This document shows, piece after piece, positions 18,091-27,597 of a stretch of DNA of 30,838 nt. The notes under the pieces were generated by a model, which made no database searches, was not told the DNA's origin, and worked only from the letters and a program-made list of their open reading frames with translations. The DNA lies in assembly GCA_029564175.1 (NCBI GenBank), contig JAKQQL010000107.1, positions 1 through 30,838 on the forward strand, in the 5' to 3' direction. The first letter of the stretch is position 1. Every line of letters begins with the position of its first letter. The stretch comes from Candidatus Cloacimonadota bacterium (GTDB lineage Bacteria; Cloacimonadota; Cloacimonadia; Cloacimonadales; WRIO01). Made by a program: the position numbers and the translations under genes.

Positions 18091-19530
18091 ATGTATTCAT
18101 CATTTAAAGATACAATCTCAGCGATATCCACTCCCCGAGGCAGAGGGGCGATTGCCATTATTCGTATCAGTGGAGAAGATGCCATTGACGCAGTTAAACC
18201 ATTTATTAAAACAGCCGGATCTATCACTTCTTTTCAAGCCAGGAAAGCTTATTTTGCCCGTTTTATTGATCAGGGCAGACTGATTGATGAAGTATTAATG
18301 ACTTGTTACTATGCGCCTGATTCTTATACCGGAGAAAATCTGGTTGAGATTTCATGTCATGGAAATGACTTCATCGCTTCACAAATCCTCGAAACTCTGT
18401 TAAAAAAAACCAGAATGGCAGAGCCTGGTGAGTTTACTTTACGGGCTTTTCTTAATCATAAAATGGATTTAACAAGAGCGGAAGCAGTTGGTAATCTATT
18501 GATGGCTCAGACAGGTAAAGCTCAGAAAGCATCTCTGATGCAATTGGAAGGTAAACTAGAAAAGAAGATAAAATCTTTGCTAAAACAAATTACAGATTTA
18601 AGGGTTCAATGTGAACTGGCAATTGATTTCATTGAAGATGAAGTACCTGTCATAGAAAATAATGAGATAGAGATAAAACTGAATCGTATTTCTCAACAGT
18701 TGGAACATCTGGAGAATACAGGGCATGAAGGCATGATTATTCATGAAGGCTTAAAAATATGTCTGATTGGAGAACCTAATGCGGGTAAATCCAGCATCTT
18801 TAACAAAATTTTAAATATGGACAGAGCGATTGTCAGCCCTATTCCAGGCACTACCAGAGATTATCTGGAAGAAGCTATCTCTTTGGACGGAAATTTAATC
18901 CGAATTTCTGATACAGCTGGTATCAGGCAAAGTGATGATTTAATCGAAAAAATAGGAATTGACCGTTCTAATGATTTGATCAGATCTGCTGATCTGGTTT
19001 TATTGATCATTGATGCGACCCATATTCAAAGCCACTCAATTAACGAAAATGAGCCTCATTTAGATCATTCATCTGATTCAATTCTACACGATTTTAATCT
19101 CCATTTGGAGGCTTTAAAGCATAAATTATCCTGTACTTATGATGACAGTCGATTTGTTCCTCTGCTAAATAAAGCAGATTTACTGACAGATTCAGTAAAA
19201 AGCATTTTATCAGAGCAAAATATCCTTTTATGCTCTGCACTTGAAGAGAATGGGCTTGACTCTCTCAAAGGATTTTTGTTAAAGCGTTTTGAACAGATCG
19301 ACCATGAAATAGATTCTGGTCTGATATCAAATGCCAGACAGCTTTCTGCTGTTTCAAAAGCAGCTGAATCGATTCGTCAGGCAATGAATACACTGAAAAT
19401 GGATACAGGGATAGAGTTTATTGCTTTTGATCTCAAATCTGCCAGTATTTCTCTGGAAGAAATCATCGGAAAGATATCTACTGATGATATACTCAATCAG
19501 ATATTTGAGAATTTCTGTATCGGTAAGTAA
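18091..19530 (+). CDS. mnmE: tRNA uridine-5-carboxymethylaminomethyl(34) synthesis GTPase MnmE
   Basis: DTISAISTP.G.GAIAIIRISG, SYTGEN.VEISCHG, GEFTLRAFLN, GEPNAGKSS, PGTTRD, DTAGIR, NKAD, FCIGK. Start set at ATG 18091 because the upstream extension lies in a REP. Confidence 0.96.
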   Translation: MYSSFKDTISAISTPRGRGAIAIIRISGEDAIDAVKPFIKTAGSITSFQARKAYFARFIDQGRLIDEVLMTCYYAPDSYTGENLVEISCHGNDFIASQILETLLKKTRMAEPGEFTLRAFLNHKMDLTRAEAVGNLLMAQTGKAQKASLMQLEGKLEKKIKSLLKQITDLRVQCELAIDFIEDEVPVIENNEIEIKLNRISQQLEHLENTGHEGMIIHEGLKICLIGEPNAGKSSIFNKILNMDRAIVSPIPGTTRDYLEEAISLDGNLIRISDTAGIRQSDDLIEKIGIDRSNDLIRSADLVLLIIDATHIQSHSINENEPHLDHSSDSILHDFNLHLEALKHKLSCTYDDSRFVPLLNKADLLTDSVKSILSEQNILLCSALEENGLDSLKGFLLKRFEQIDHEIDSGLISNARQLSAVSKAAESIRQAMNTLKMDTGIEFIAFDLKSASISLEEIIGKISTDDILNQIFENFCIGK

Positions 19531-19555
19531 TCTATAAATTCCATTCAATAATTCT

Positions 19556-19581
19556 AAGCAGGTGATTCCTGCTTTTTTTTT
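19556..19581 (+). terminator. Rho-independent terminator after mnmE
   Basis: AAGCAGG-TGATT-CCTGCTT followed by a T run. Confidence 0.8.
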
Positions 19582-19599
19582 GATTATAATAAAAAAAAC

Positions 19600-19628
19600 T
19601 TGACTAGTACAATAAAAAGTGTTATTTA
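19600..19628 (+). promoter_or_regulatory. Putative sigma70 promoter of the FGE lipoprotein
   Basis: TTGACT-17 bp-TATTTA with extended -10 TG. Confidence 0.45.
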
Positions 19629-19669
19629 ATAACAAAATTATCAAGAAAATAGAAAGTGTGGAGGAAAAA

Positions 19670-21058
19670 ATGAAAAGCGTTCTTTTTTTTGTGACTATTC
19701 TGATGTGTGTTTTAATGGCTGGTTGTGATCTGGATATTGATTTGGTTGGCTCTGGAGAGATTAAACCTTTAGAAAAAATGCCTGATCCTGTCGCAAATAT
19801 TACCAGTGGAGTATATCCCGTTCATCAAAGCATTTCGCTTAGCTGTGAGATTCCAAATGCGAATATTTACTATACTCTTGATGGAACTGATCCTACAATA
19901 AATAGTTTATGCTATACGCAAGCTTTTGAAATTTATCAAAATACTACCCTAAAAGTAATCGCAATGAGAAATAATTATTCACCAAGTGATATTAAAACGT
20001 ATGAGTACACCTTTAATTTTCCAACCGCAACTGCTCCGCTGATAAGCCCTTCATCAGGAATGTATCAGGATGTTACGATGATTGAAATAACTTCAACGCT
20101 TGCCGGAGCAGAAATTCATTATACAACTGATGGTAGTCGGCCTGAGTTAAACTCAAATCGCTATACTTCTCCGTTTGCAATTAGTAAAAGTATGACAATC
20201 AGAGCCAGAGCATTTAAAATGGATTATAACCCAAGTGAAGTAAGCTGCCATACTTTTGAAATCATTATGCCTTTAGATATGGCTTCGATGATTTATGTTC
20301 CGGCAGGCTATTATTTGATGGGCAGTCAAAATGGTTTTGATGATGAAAGACCTGTACATGAAGTATATGTGTCTGCTTATTATTTAAGTGACAGACCTGT
20401 AACTCAATTTGAATGGCAACAGTTGATGGGCTCAAACCCAAGTAATACAAACTACGGTATAGGCAGCAATTATCCAATAAACAATGTGTCATGGATAGAC
20501 GCTTTAAAATATTGTAACAAAAGAAGCATTCAGGAAGGCTTAACACCCTGTTATATGATCAATCAGGAAGTTAATCCGGATAATTGGCCATCAAATTATC
20601 CTTATTCAGTATGGTACTCAATGGAGTGTAACTGGTCAGCAGATGGATACAGATTGCCAACAGAAGCCGAAAGAGAATTTGCAGCCCGTGGTTCAAACCA
20701 ATCTCAGTCTTATAATTATGCAGGTTCTAATAATATTGAGGGAGTTGCCTGGTATTTTAATAATTCTAATGGCACTTCTCATCCGGTAGCAATGAAAAAT
20801 CCGAATGAATTGGGGATATTTGACATGTCAGGCAATGTGTGGGAATGGTGTTGGGATACTTATGTATCTTATTATAGTTCCGATACTCAGGTAAATCCGA
20901 CCGGACCAGAAGCAAATTTTTATAAAGTTGTCAGAGGTGGCTGTTGGGGAAACCCTGAAATGAGTTGCCGTGTTTCTGCAAGAGATGGATATAGTTTAAA
21001 AACCAAAGAGTACTTTATTGGGTTCAGAGTTGCCAGGACGAGATATACTATAAAGTAA
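19670..21058 (+). CDS. Lipoprotein with two Fn3-associated/CHB_HEX_C domains and a C-terminal FGE-sulfatase (SUMF1/EgtB/PvdO, C-type lectin fold) domain
   Basis: GGAGG RBS and ATG 19670; lipobox LMAG-C; IYYTLDGTDPT and IHYTTDGSRP repeats; FGE motifs YLMGS, DERPVHEV, YRLPTEAE, NELGIFDMSGNVWEWCWD, RGG.W, GFRVAR. Confidence 0.88.
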   Translation: MKSVLFFVTILMCVLMAGCDLDIDLVGSGEIKPLEKMPDPVANITSGVYPVHQSISLSCEIPNANIYYTLDGTDPTINSLCYTQAFEIYQNTTLKVIAMRNNYSPSDIKTYEYTFNFPTATAPLISPSSGMYQDVTMIEITSTLAGAEIHYTTDGSRPELNSNRYTSPFAISKSMTIRARAFKMDYNPSEVSCHTFEIIMPLDMASMIYVPAGYYLMGSQNGFDDERPVHEVYVSAYYLSDRPVTQFEWQQLMGSNPSNTNYGIGSNYPINNVSWIDALKYCNKRSIQEGLTPCYMINQEVNPDNWPSNYPYSVWYSMECNWSADGYRLPTEAEREFAARGSNQSQSYNYAGSNNIEGVAWYFNNSNGTSHPVAMKNPNELGIFDMSGNVWEWCWDTYVSYYSSDTQVNPTGPEANFYKVVRGGCWGNPEMSCRVSARDGYSLKTKEYFIGFRVARTRYTIK

Positions 21059-21393
21059 AACGAAATGATATGAAAAATATAATTTTCTTAAAATTCTTGA
21101 CAAAATATGGCTTTTATATTTTTTTGTAGATATAAGTAAATAAAATATAATAAGAATGTTTCATTGAATTGTTATCAGACAGATACTTTTCATTAATCTG
21201 AATGCAGAATGCAAGAAAAAAGTATCCTTTATAAAAGGAGTAAAAATGGTTTGTAAATATGATCGTCAGATACAAATTAGTTAATAAATTGTATGACAAA
21301 CATCATGCTTCTAGCAGGCTTTTCGCAAACAGGCAGATTGCATTACTTCTGAAATGATTGAGAATAGCATAGCAAAAACATTATCTAAACTCG

Positions 21394-21419
21394 TAACTAT
21401 ATATATATATATATAGTTA
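21394..21419. repeat. (TA)9 microsatellite within a perfect 26-bp palindrome
   Basis: TAAC-(TA)9-GTTA, 150 bp upstream of the ATG at 21569. Confidence 0.9.
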
Positions 21420-21568
21420 GCATTGTATGGAGAAGAAAATATGTTAAAAAGACTTTTCACTTGCCTGGAGATAAAAATAAATTCATTGTCTAATGGGCTT
21501 TCTCTGATAAAAGAGAGAGAGCCCTGTAAAGATTAAATTTATTATAATAAAGAAAGGAAAATAATCAT

Positions 21569-24500
21569 ATGAAAAAACATATATCAATAATGATCATACT
21601 GGCGATGATCTCATTGCTTACTGCCACTACCACTATTTCAGGCAGTTTGTCCTTTGTAAATGGACCTATCAGCAATATGGCTTGTGTTAAAATGAAAGCA
21701 TTTATCGGTACAACAGAATACCTTGCAGCAAATACAGTATACCCTCCCAACTCTAATACTATTTCTGCTGTCTTCAATTTCCCTGCTAACCAGACAGTGA
21801 CTTCTATTGAATTTTATCCCGATCATTTAACAGAGGTATCAGACTACTATAATGGGAAGAATTACGCTTATAATAAGCGTAAAACTGTAAATATTAGCAC
21901 CAATCAGACAAATGCCTCATTTGGCTCATTGTCTCTGACAATTATCAATAGAAATGGTATTATCGTCAGTCAGACTCAGGAAGGATTCAGACAGTTTTCT
22001 GATGCATTACAATATGTAGCCAATAACAGACAATCAATTGCCAGCTATTATTATGCCGATAATGAATTAGCGACTCAAATCAGGGAATACCGTATTATGC
22101 TTGATAAGGGCAGATATGCACCTCTTGATATGAAAAGTGTAATTGGAGTATCTAACTACAACTGGCCATTGTTGGGTGGACTTGGCTACACTGATTTAAC
22201 AATTGAAGGTGTTCAGGGTATTGATCCTTATAACACATCCAACAGTACCGTTTTTACATATCCTTTAGGAGATAATAATTATTTTAATCATATGGCAAAT
22301 GTTATGTCAAGGCCGTATAACCCGCTTATCAATGTAAGTGGATTAAACAATTCTGTTATCAGGTTCAAGAAGATTACATTTATGGAATACTATAATGGAA
22401 TCTCCATAACAGATCAAGATCCTTCAAACACTACCACAATACTTAATACAGGTGATAACAGATTAACAGTAAGCCAATGTAACTTCAAGAAAATTGCAAA
22501 CATTAAATTAACCTATTATAATCCATCAAATACATACTATGGAAAATTCTTAAAAAGTAATGGTGGGGCTATTATCAGCCGATATCCAGTCACTATTGAT
22601 AATTCTTACTTTTATATGAATTCAATATATCATGAGTTAAATAATGGAGATAATTGTGTAGCTGACGATGAAGCGACCTGTCTGGGCTCTGCCATCTATG
22701 TGGACAACATCGTTCAGGGGGCAGAAAGTACCATCAGTTACAATAAATTTGAAGCCAATCAGGGACGAGGCGGAATCGTTTTTGTCAAAAACGGAGATAA
22801 TTATGCAGGCACCTCTCTGACCCTTGAAGGTAACGAGTTTAAAAACAACTATGTCAGAAATCCAATTAATATTACCACCCCACTTGGTGGATTTGGGAGC
22901 TTCTATATCTCTAACAGCAGTATGGCTTCCGGTTTAAATGTCATAAATCTGAATACACAAAACCTGACTGCAAAAAATAATAAGTTTTACTCCACTCAGG
23001 GAATAATTACCACAGGACAAGTAGATAACCCTCAGGTACAGGATCCTTATTATACAAGCAATCTGTATAATGGTACCTATGCATGGCATGTGTCTGTTCC
23101 TTGCCGGAACCAAAATATAGATGTTAAAGCCAGTGTTCTGTTAAAAGCTAACAATAATACCCTGGCAAGTAACACCTTTAATGGATATCCAATGCATAAT
23201 ATTTTGCATAATCCACCTGAAAATCAGACGACATCCATTAGTTTGAAGAATAATGTTTTAATGGCAATGCCTGTATTAGAATATGGATTACCATTTCCTT
23301 ATAGTGGATCATCCAACAATATAGGATCATATAATTATTATCACTTTGATCATGAGAGTCACACAGGACTTCAGAATAAATTACCCGGTTCTATGAACAA
23401 TATTTGTAAATTTGTTTACCCTGATCCGGTTGATATCAACACACTCGAACCGGTATGGGATAGCTATTATAGATCTCTTGTAATTGACAACGGACATCCT
23501 GATTTGAATAATAATGGGAGTAACTGGGTGAATGATCCGGCTGACAGAGATCCTGACGGCTCAAGACTCGATATTGGAGCAGTTCCTGCGCGTGAACACG
23601 GTCTCTTGTTCCATCAGCTCAGCAGTAACGGGTCCACTAACCAGTATAACTGGATATGCTTCCCTTATCTGGACAAAAGGACGACAGGCACCCAATATGG
23701 AGATCTGGATAATATTCTGAATGTTGTCCATAATTACCATGATAACAACTTACTTTTTAATAATCCTCGTTATATGGAAGAAATGGAATGGAAGTATTGT
23801 CCAGATAATGGTAAGGTAAAATATGAGAATGGAGATTGGCAAAACAAAACCAAGACTTTAATCAGCCAGATGGGATTTAAGGTCAAGATGATGCCCAATA
23901 TGAACCGAACAATTGAAGATATGGGCTTTTTGTGCGGGACAGAAGGCAATGCCGATGATGTGGTTCAATTAACGCCTAATGGTGAGACCTGGGTGGGCTA
24001 CTTCAAAACGCAAAGTGAAGACCCTTTCTATGCCTTATCAGATATCATCAGCCGACTAACGCTGATTCAGACCAAAAACTGGTCAATCAGCAGACCTAAT
24101 ACCTCATCCCCCTGGACTTATGCGGTCAGAAATCCAAAAATCAACTTTGGAGAGATGGTAGTTTTAAACTATATAGGTCCCGAGACAGGTGCTTTCCAAT
24201 GGAGAGTAAGAAGTAGCGGTGGATCACAAACAATGGCATATACCGAGCCTAAACCGCAAAATTTCACTTACAATGAAACAGCCGATTATATCTCTGTGTA
24301 TGTGAAACTGAATGAAGATTTGAAAGGCAGAAAGAACTCTAATGCAGAACTGGCGCTCTTTATAGACGGGGTCTGCTATGGCGCAGAAGTGATTCAAAGC
24401 GATACCGTGGAAGTCAGCGTCTATCTGAATGAAATTCCTGAAAATGCAGACATTGAATTTAGATATTGGGAACCGGAAATGAAGTCGGGTTTTGAAAAGT

Positions 24501-24907
24501 ACAAAGATTATTCCACTTATCAGTTTGACTTAAACAAATATACCAATACACCGATTAGTTATCATCCAAACAGCCGTTTTTATCTCGTTTCTCTGAATAA
24601 GGCGGATATGAACAATTTATCACAGCCTCAAAAAACAATTCTGGAAGGTAATTATCCAAATCCGTTTAACCCTGAGACAAGCATCCGATATCAGTTATCT
24701 GAGAAAACCCATGTCAGCCTGAAGATATTCAATGTGAAGGGTCAGTTGGTTAAGACGCTTATCAACAATACACAGGATGCCGGATACAAGAAAATTTCCT
24801 GGAATGGAAAAGACAATGACAACAAAGCAGTTGCATCAGGTATCTATTTCTATACTCTGGAAACACCTAATTCCTCCACAACGAAAAAAATGATGTTGAT
24901 GAAATAA
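21569..24907 (+). CDS. Large secreted/surface protein with beta-helix-like region and FlgD-Ig/T9SS type A-like C-terminal domain
   Basis: Signal peptide; Asn-rich beta-helix motifs (GGAI, GSAIYV, NKFEAN); DPDGSRLDIGA; CTD NYPNPFNPETSIRY...IFNVKGQLVKTL...WNGKD...VASGIYFY...KKMMLMK. Confidence 0.85.
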   Translation: MKKHISIMIILAMISLLTATTTISGSLSFVNGPISNMACVKMKAFIGTTEYLAANTVYPPNSNTISAVFNFPANQTVTSIEFYPDHLTEVSDYYNGKNYAYNKRKTVNISTNQTNASFGSLSLTIINRNGIIVSQTQEGFRQFSDALQYVANNRQSIASYYYADNELATQIREYRIMLDKGRYAPLDMKSVIGVSNYNWPLLGGLGYTDLTIEGVQGIDPYNTSNSTVFTYPLGDNNYFNHMANVMSRPYNPLINVSGLNNSVIRFKKITFMEYYNGISITDQDPSNTTTILNTGDNRLTVSQCNFKKIANIKLTYYNPSNTYYGKFLKSNGGAIISRYPVTIDNSYFYMNSIYHELNNGDNCVADDEATCLGSAIYVDNIVQGAESTISYNKFEANQGRGGIVFVKNGDNYAGTSLTLEGNEFKNNYVRNPINITTPLGGFGSFYISNSSMASGLNVINLNTQNLTAKNNKFYSTQGIITTGQVDNPQVQDPYYTSNLYNGTYAWHVSVPCRNQNIDVKASVLLKANNNTLASNTFNGYPMHNILHNPPENQTTSISLKNNVLMAMPVLEYGLPFPYSGSSNNIGSYNYYHFDHESHTGLQNKLPGSMNNICKFVYPDPVDINTLEPVWDSYYRSLVIDNGHPDLNNNGSNWVNDPADRDPDGSRLDIGAVPAREHGLLFHQLSSNGSTNQYNWICFPYLDKRTTGTQYGDLDNILNVVHNYHDNNLLFNNPRYMEEMEWKYCPDNGKVKYENGDWQNKTKTLISQMGFKVKMMPNMNRTIEDMGFLCGTEGNADDVVQLTPNGETWVGYFKTQSEDPFYALSDIISRLTLIQTKNWSISRPNTSSPWTYAVRNPKINFGEMVVLNYIGPETGAFQWRVRSSGGSQTMAYTEPKPQNFTYNETADYISVYVKLNEDLKGRKNSNAELALFIDGVCYGAEVIQSDTVEVSVYLNEIPENADIEFRYWEPEMKSGFEKYKDYSTYQFDLNKYTNTPISYHPNSRFYLVSLNKADMNNLSQPQKTILEGNYPNPFNPETSIRYQLSEKTHVSLKIFNVKGQLVKTLINNTQDAGYKKISWNGKDNDNKAVASGIYFYTLETPNSSTTKKMMLMK

Positions 24908-24914
24908 GAGAGAA

Positions 24915-24948
24915 GGGTCATGGGTGAAAGCCCATGACCTCCTTTTTT
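24915..24948 (+). terminator. Terminator-like hairpin between the two CTD genes
   Basis: GGTCATGGG-TGAAAG-CCCATGACC then T6, directly followed by a GGAGA RBS and ATG at 24958. Confidence 0.75.
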
Positions 24949-24957
24949 GGAGATAAA

Positions 24958-27411
24958 ATGAAAAACAGTCTTATCATACTTATATTTTTGTGTATTCTCA
25001 ATTCCATGTCAGCATTAACACGGGAAGTATCACTTGACGGCACTAAACCCTACACAAGTATTCAGTCTGCCATCGACTCTGCACTTGAAGGCGATACCAT
25101 TCAGGTCTATCCCGGCACATACCGCGAGAATGTCAGTATTGAATACAAGATAATCAGCATTCAGAGCCTTTATGCCACGACCAATGACACGACTTACATA
25201 CACAATACTCAAATTATTGGCGCTCATACCTTTTCTGCTGTTTATATCACCGAACAAGCCTCTGTCACCCTGAACGGCTTTACCATCATGAACAATGAAA
25301 ACCATGTGGAACAGTTCGTGAACTGGCCTGGTGGCGGAATATTTGTCTTTAGAGCCCATGCTGTGATTAAAAATAATATCATCACCAATTCCATCGCCGG
25401 AAACGGGGGAGGCGGAATATGTGTATCCGGCTTTTCAGAACAGCAATGTATTGTCTTTCTGGAAAACAACAGAATCTATAATTGCAAATCTTACGATGCC
25501 GGAGGGGGAATTGCAATTTCCCAGTATTCCCATGTGGAATTTTCACAGACGCATCGGAACAGTGTTTATTCTAATTATGCTCCTTATGGAAAAGACATTG
25601 CCTTTTCAAATCCTTCTTATAATTACCAGGTTTATCTGGACAAAGGGACCAGACTCCTCAATGCCCAGGATCAGTTTTATATTTATGAATATTACCCTTT
25701 GGTATATCCTGATGTGGATATCTCTGTCAGCATACTCAGAGGGGTGGAAAGTCTGAATGTCTGTCAGGATTTGTATGTCGCTCCCTGGGGGAATGATCAG
25801 AATGACGGGCTAAGTCCCCAGAATCCTTTAAAGACAATCGACTATGCTACCCGCATTATCCATCCGGATGAAGATAACCCGCTGACAATCCATCTGGCTG
25901 AAGGGACTTATTCCCGTTCCCTGAACCAGCAGGAGTATCCCTTTGCCTTAAAGCCCTGGACCAGCCTGGTGGGTGCCGGGATGAATTCCACAATTCTGGA
26001 TGATGAAAATGTTTACAGAATCATGTCTGTGATTGTGCCTGAAGCAAATGTGTTGTTTCAAGATTTTGCCATAACCCGTGTTGGAAATGATATTTATTCA
26101 GCTACAGCATTAGGTAGCAAAACTAAAAAGAATATAACGAAGAACATATTACTATATAATAATAAATCATATTATTCTGTTGCGATAAGTAATACAAATC
26201 AGTTATTTATGAAAAATATAATAATAAAAGATGGAACAAGTATCAGCAATTCATATTCTTTTGATTCTTATGTCGTTAATGAAATGTTAATTAATAATAT
26301 AATTTCAGATAATATGCATGCCACTCATCCTCAGGGAGGTGGAGTTGGATTTACTATGCAGGAAACTGTCAATTTGAGGATGAATAATGTTTCCCTTACC
26401 AATTCTTCGGCATTCAATCCTTCATTGTTTTGCCTTTATAATTGGCCTAGCGATAATAATGAGGAGGTTACTCCGGGTCTGGTTGTCATCAACAATGTAC
26501 TGATTGCCAATAATAATACAAGTCCCGGAGACTGGGATCTGGCAAAGATTCATATTTCTGATTATTATAATCAGGTCATTCTTAATAACTGGACGATTGC
26601 CAATAACAGAGGTAACAATAAAGTAATGTCTGTATCGGGTATTGGCTGTGAAATGAATAATATGATATTTTATAATCCTGAGATACCAATTGAATTATGG
26701 CTTGAGGGTGTTGACGGGTATGTGGCTGCGACATATCTCAATAATTCGCTGTTATATGGGGGATATGATAAAATACATTTTGAAAATGATTCGTGCTTTC
26801 TGGAAATGCAGGAAAGTATCTATACAGCTCCTCTCTTTGCTCATGAATATGTCGGAAGCAATGAAAATGCCCTGCCTGAGTATTTTAAACTCTCTGCAAA
26901 TTCTCCCTGTATCAATGCAGGCGTTCAGGATACTACCGGTACTTACATCTCTGCCACGGACTTTGGAAATCACCAAAGAATATGGGATGGCAGGATTGAT
27001 ATGGGCTGTTTTGAATATGGCGCACCTCTGACCTCTGATGAACAAACAGTTCCGCTTAGTATGGATTATCAGCTGAGCAGTGCGCCTAATCCGGTGGTCG
27101 TTTCTTCATTCCCCTATACCACCATTAGCTTCAACTATCCGGAAAAAGCAAGAACAGAGCCTGAGATTGAAATCTTCAATGTGAAAGGACAAAAGGTAAA
27201 AACCTTAAAAACCGGACTCAGCTTCCGCGAAAATGCCATCATGGCAAAAGTCAGCAAAGAAGCGCTTTCCAACATAAAGGGGCATTATTACTCAGTCATC
27301 TGGGATACCAGGGACAATAATAATAAACAGGTTGCTTCCGGAGTCTATTTTATCAGGGCTAAAGTCGATGGCAGAGTGATACAAACACAGAAAATGATGG
27401 TGATAAAGTAA
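24958..27411 (+). CDS. Secreted right-handed beta-helix (DUF1565/pectin lyase-like) protein with choice-of-anchor Q-like motif and FlgD/T9SS-like CTD
   Basis: Signal peptide; YTSIQSAID...GDTIQVYPGTY.EN; GGGI repeats; LYVAPWGND.NDGLSP.NPLKTI..A...TIHLAEGTYS; LSANSPCINAG...RIDMGCFEYG; CTD IEIFNVKGQKVKTL...WD.RD...VASGVYF...KMMVIK. Confidence 0.85.
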   Translation: MKNSLIILIFLCILNSMSALTREVSLDGTKPYTSIQSAIDSALEGDTIQVYPGTYRENVSIEYKIISIQSLYATTNDTTYIHNTQIIGAHTFSAVYITEQASVTLNGFTIMNNENHVEQFVNWPGGGIFVFRAHAVIKNNIITNSIAGNGGGGICVSGFSEQQCIVFLENNRIYNCKSYDAGGGIAISQYSHVEFSQTHRNSVYSNYAPYGKDIAFSNPSYNYQVYLDKGTRLLNAQDQFYIYEYYPLVYPDVDISVSILRGVESLNVCQDLYVAPWGNDQNDGLSPQNPLKTIDYATRIIHPDEDNPLTIHLAEGTYSRSLNQQEYPFALKPWTSLVGAGMNSTILDDENVYRIMSVIVPEANVLFQDFAITRVGNDIYSATALGSKTKKNITKNILLYNNKSYYSVAISNTNQLFMKNIIIKDGTSISNSYSFDSYVVNEMLINNIISDNMHATHPQGGGVGFTMQETVNLRMNNVSLTNSSAFNPSLFCLYNWPSDNNEEVTPGLVVINNVLIANNNTSPGDWDLAKIHISDYYNQVILNNWTIANNRGNNKVMSVSGIGCEMNNMIFYNPEIPIELWLEGVDGYVAATYLNNSLLYGGYDKIHFENDSCFLEMQESIYTAPLFAHEYVGSNENALPEYFKLSANSPCINAGVQDTTGTYISATDFGNHQRIWDGRIDMGCFEYGAPLTSDEQTVPLSMDYQLSSAPNPVVVSSFPYTTISFNYPEKARTEPEIEIFNVKGQKVKTLKTGLSFRENAIMAKVSKEALSNIKGHYYSVIWDTRDNNNKQVASGVYFIRAKVDGRVIQTQKMMVIK

Positions 27412-27424
27412 TGACAAACAAGTT

Positions 27425-27547
27425 GTAACATAAGCTACCAGCTTGTGTATAGTTGTGACATAAGTTGCAAGCTTGTGATCTGCCAGATAAGCAGTTTTTC
27501 TTTATTACAGTTAATGTTAATTGTTGCAAGCAAGTTGCTTGCATTAC
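27425..27547. repeat. REP-like palindrome cluster
   Basis: GTAACATAAGCTACCAGCTTGTG (27425), GTGACATAAGTTGCAAGCTTGTG (27455), and an inverted copy at 27526-27547 (rc GTAATGCAAGCAACTTGCTTGC). Confidence 0.8.
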
Positions 27548-27549
27548 AT

Positions 27550-27577
27550 AAAAAAGTGCAGGCTTGCCTGCACTTTT
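27550..27577. terminator. Bidirectional Rho-independent terminator between convergent genes
   Basis: A6-GTGCAGGC-TT-GCCTGCAC-T4. Confidence 0.82.
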
Positions 27578-27597
27578 CTGTTTAGGTGTGTGTTTTT

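Noticed and set aside
17641..18283. ORFs 17641-18060, 17991-18227 and 17999-18283 (the first with repeated TSYQLVKL)
   Set aside because: They are translations of the REP tandem or overlap yraN and mnmE.
20830..21058. Complete diversity-generating retroelement
   Set aside because: No template repeat, reverse transcriptase or avd in the window, and the codon pattern is not AAY-derived.
21059..21393. c-di-GMP or other riboswitch in the long spacer
   Set aside because: No recognisable GEMM or other aptamer consensus; only weak AT-rich hairpins.
404..27544. Numerous short antisense or alternate-frame ORFs in the track (e.g. 1242-1679, 5110-5556, 13593-14006, 25030-25359)
   Set aside because: They lie within well-supported genes or repeats and have no motifs or RBS; treated as shadow ORFs.
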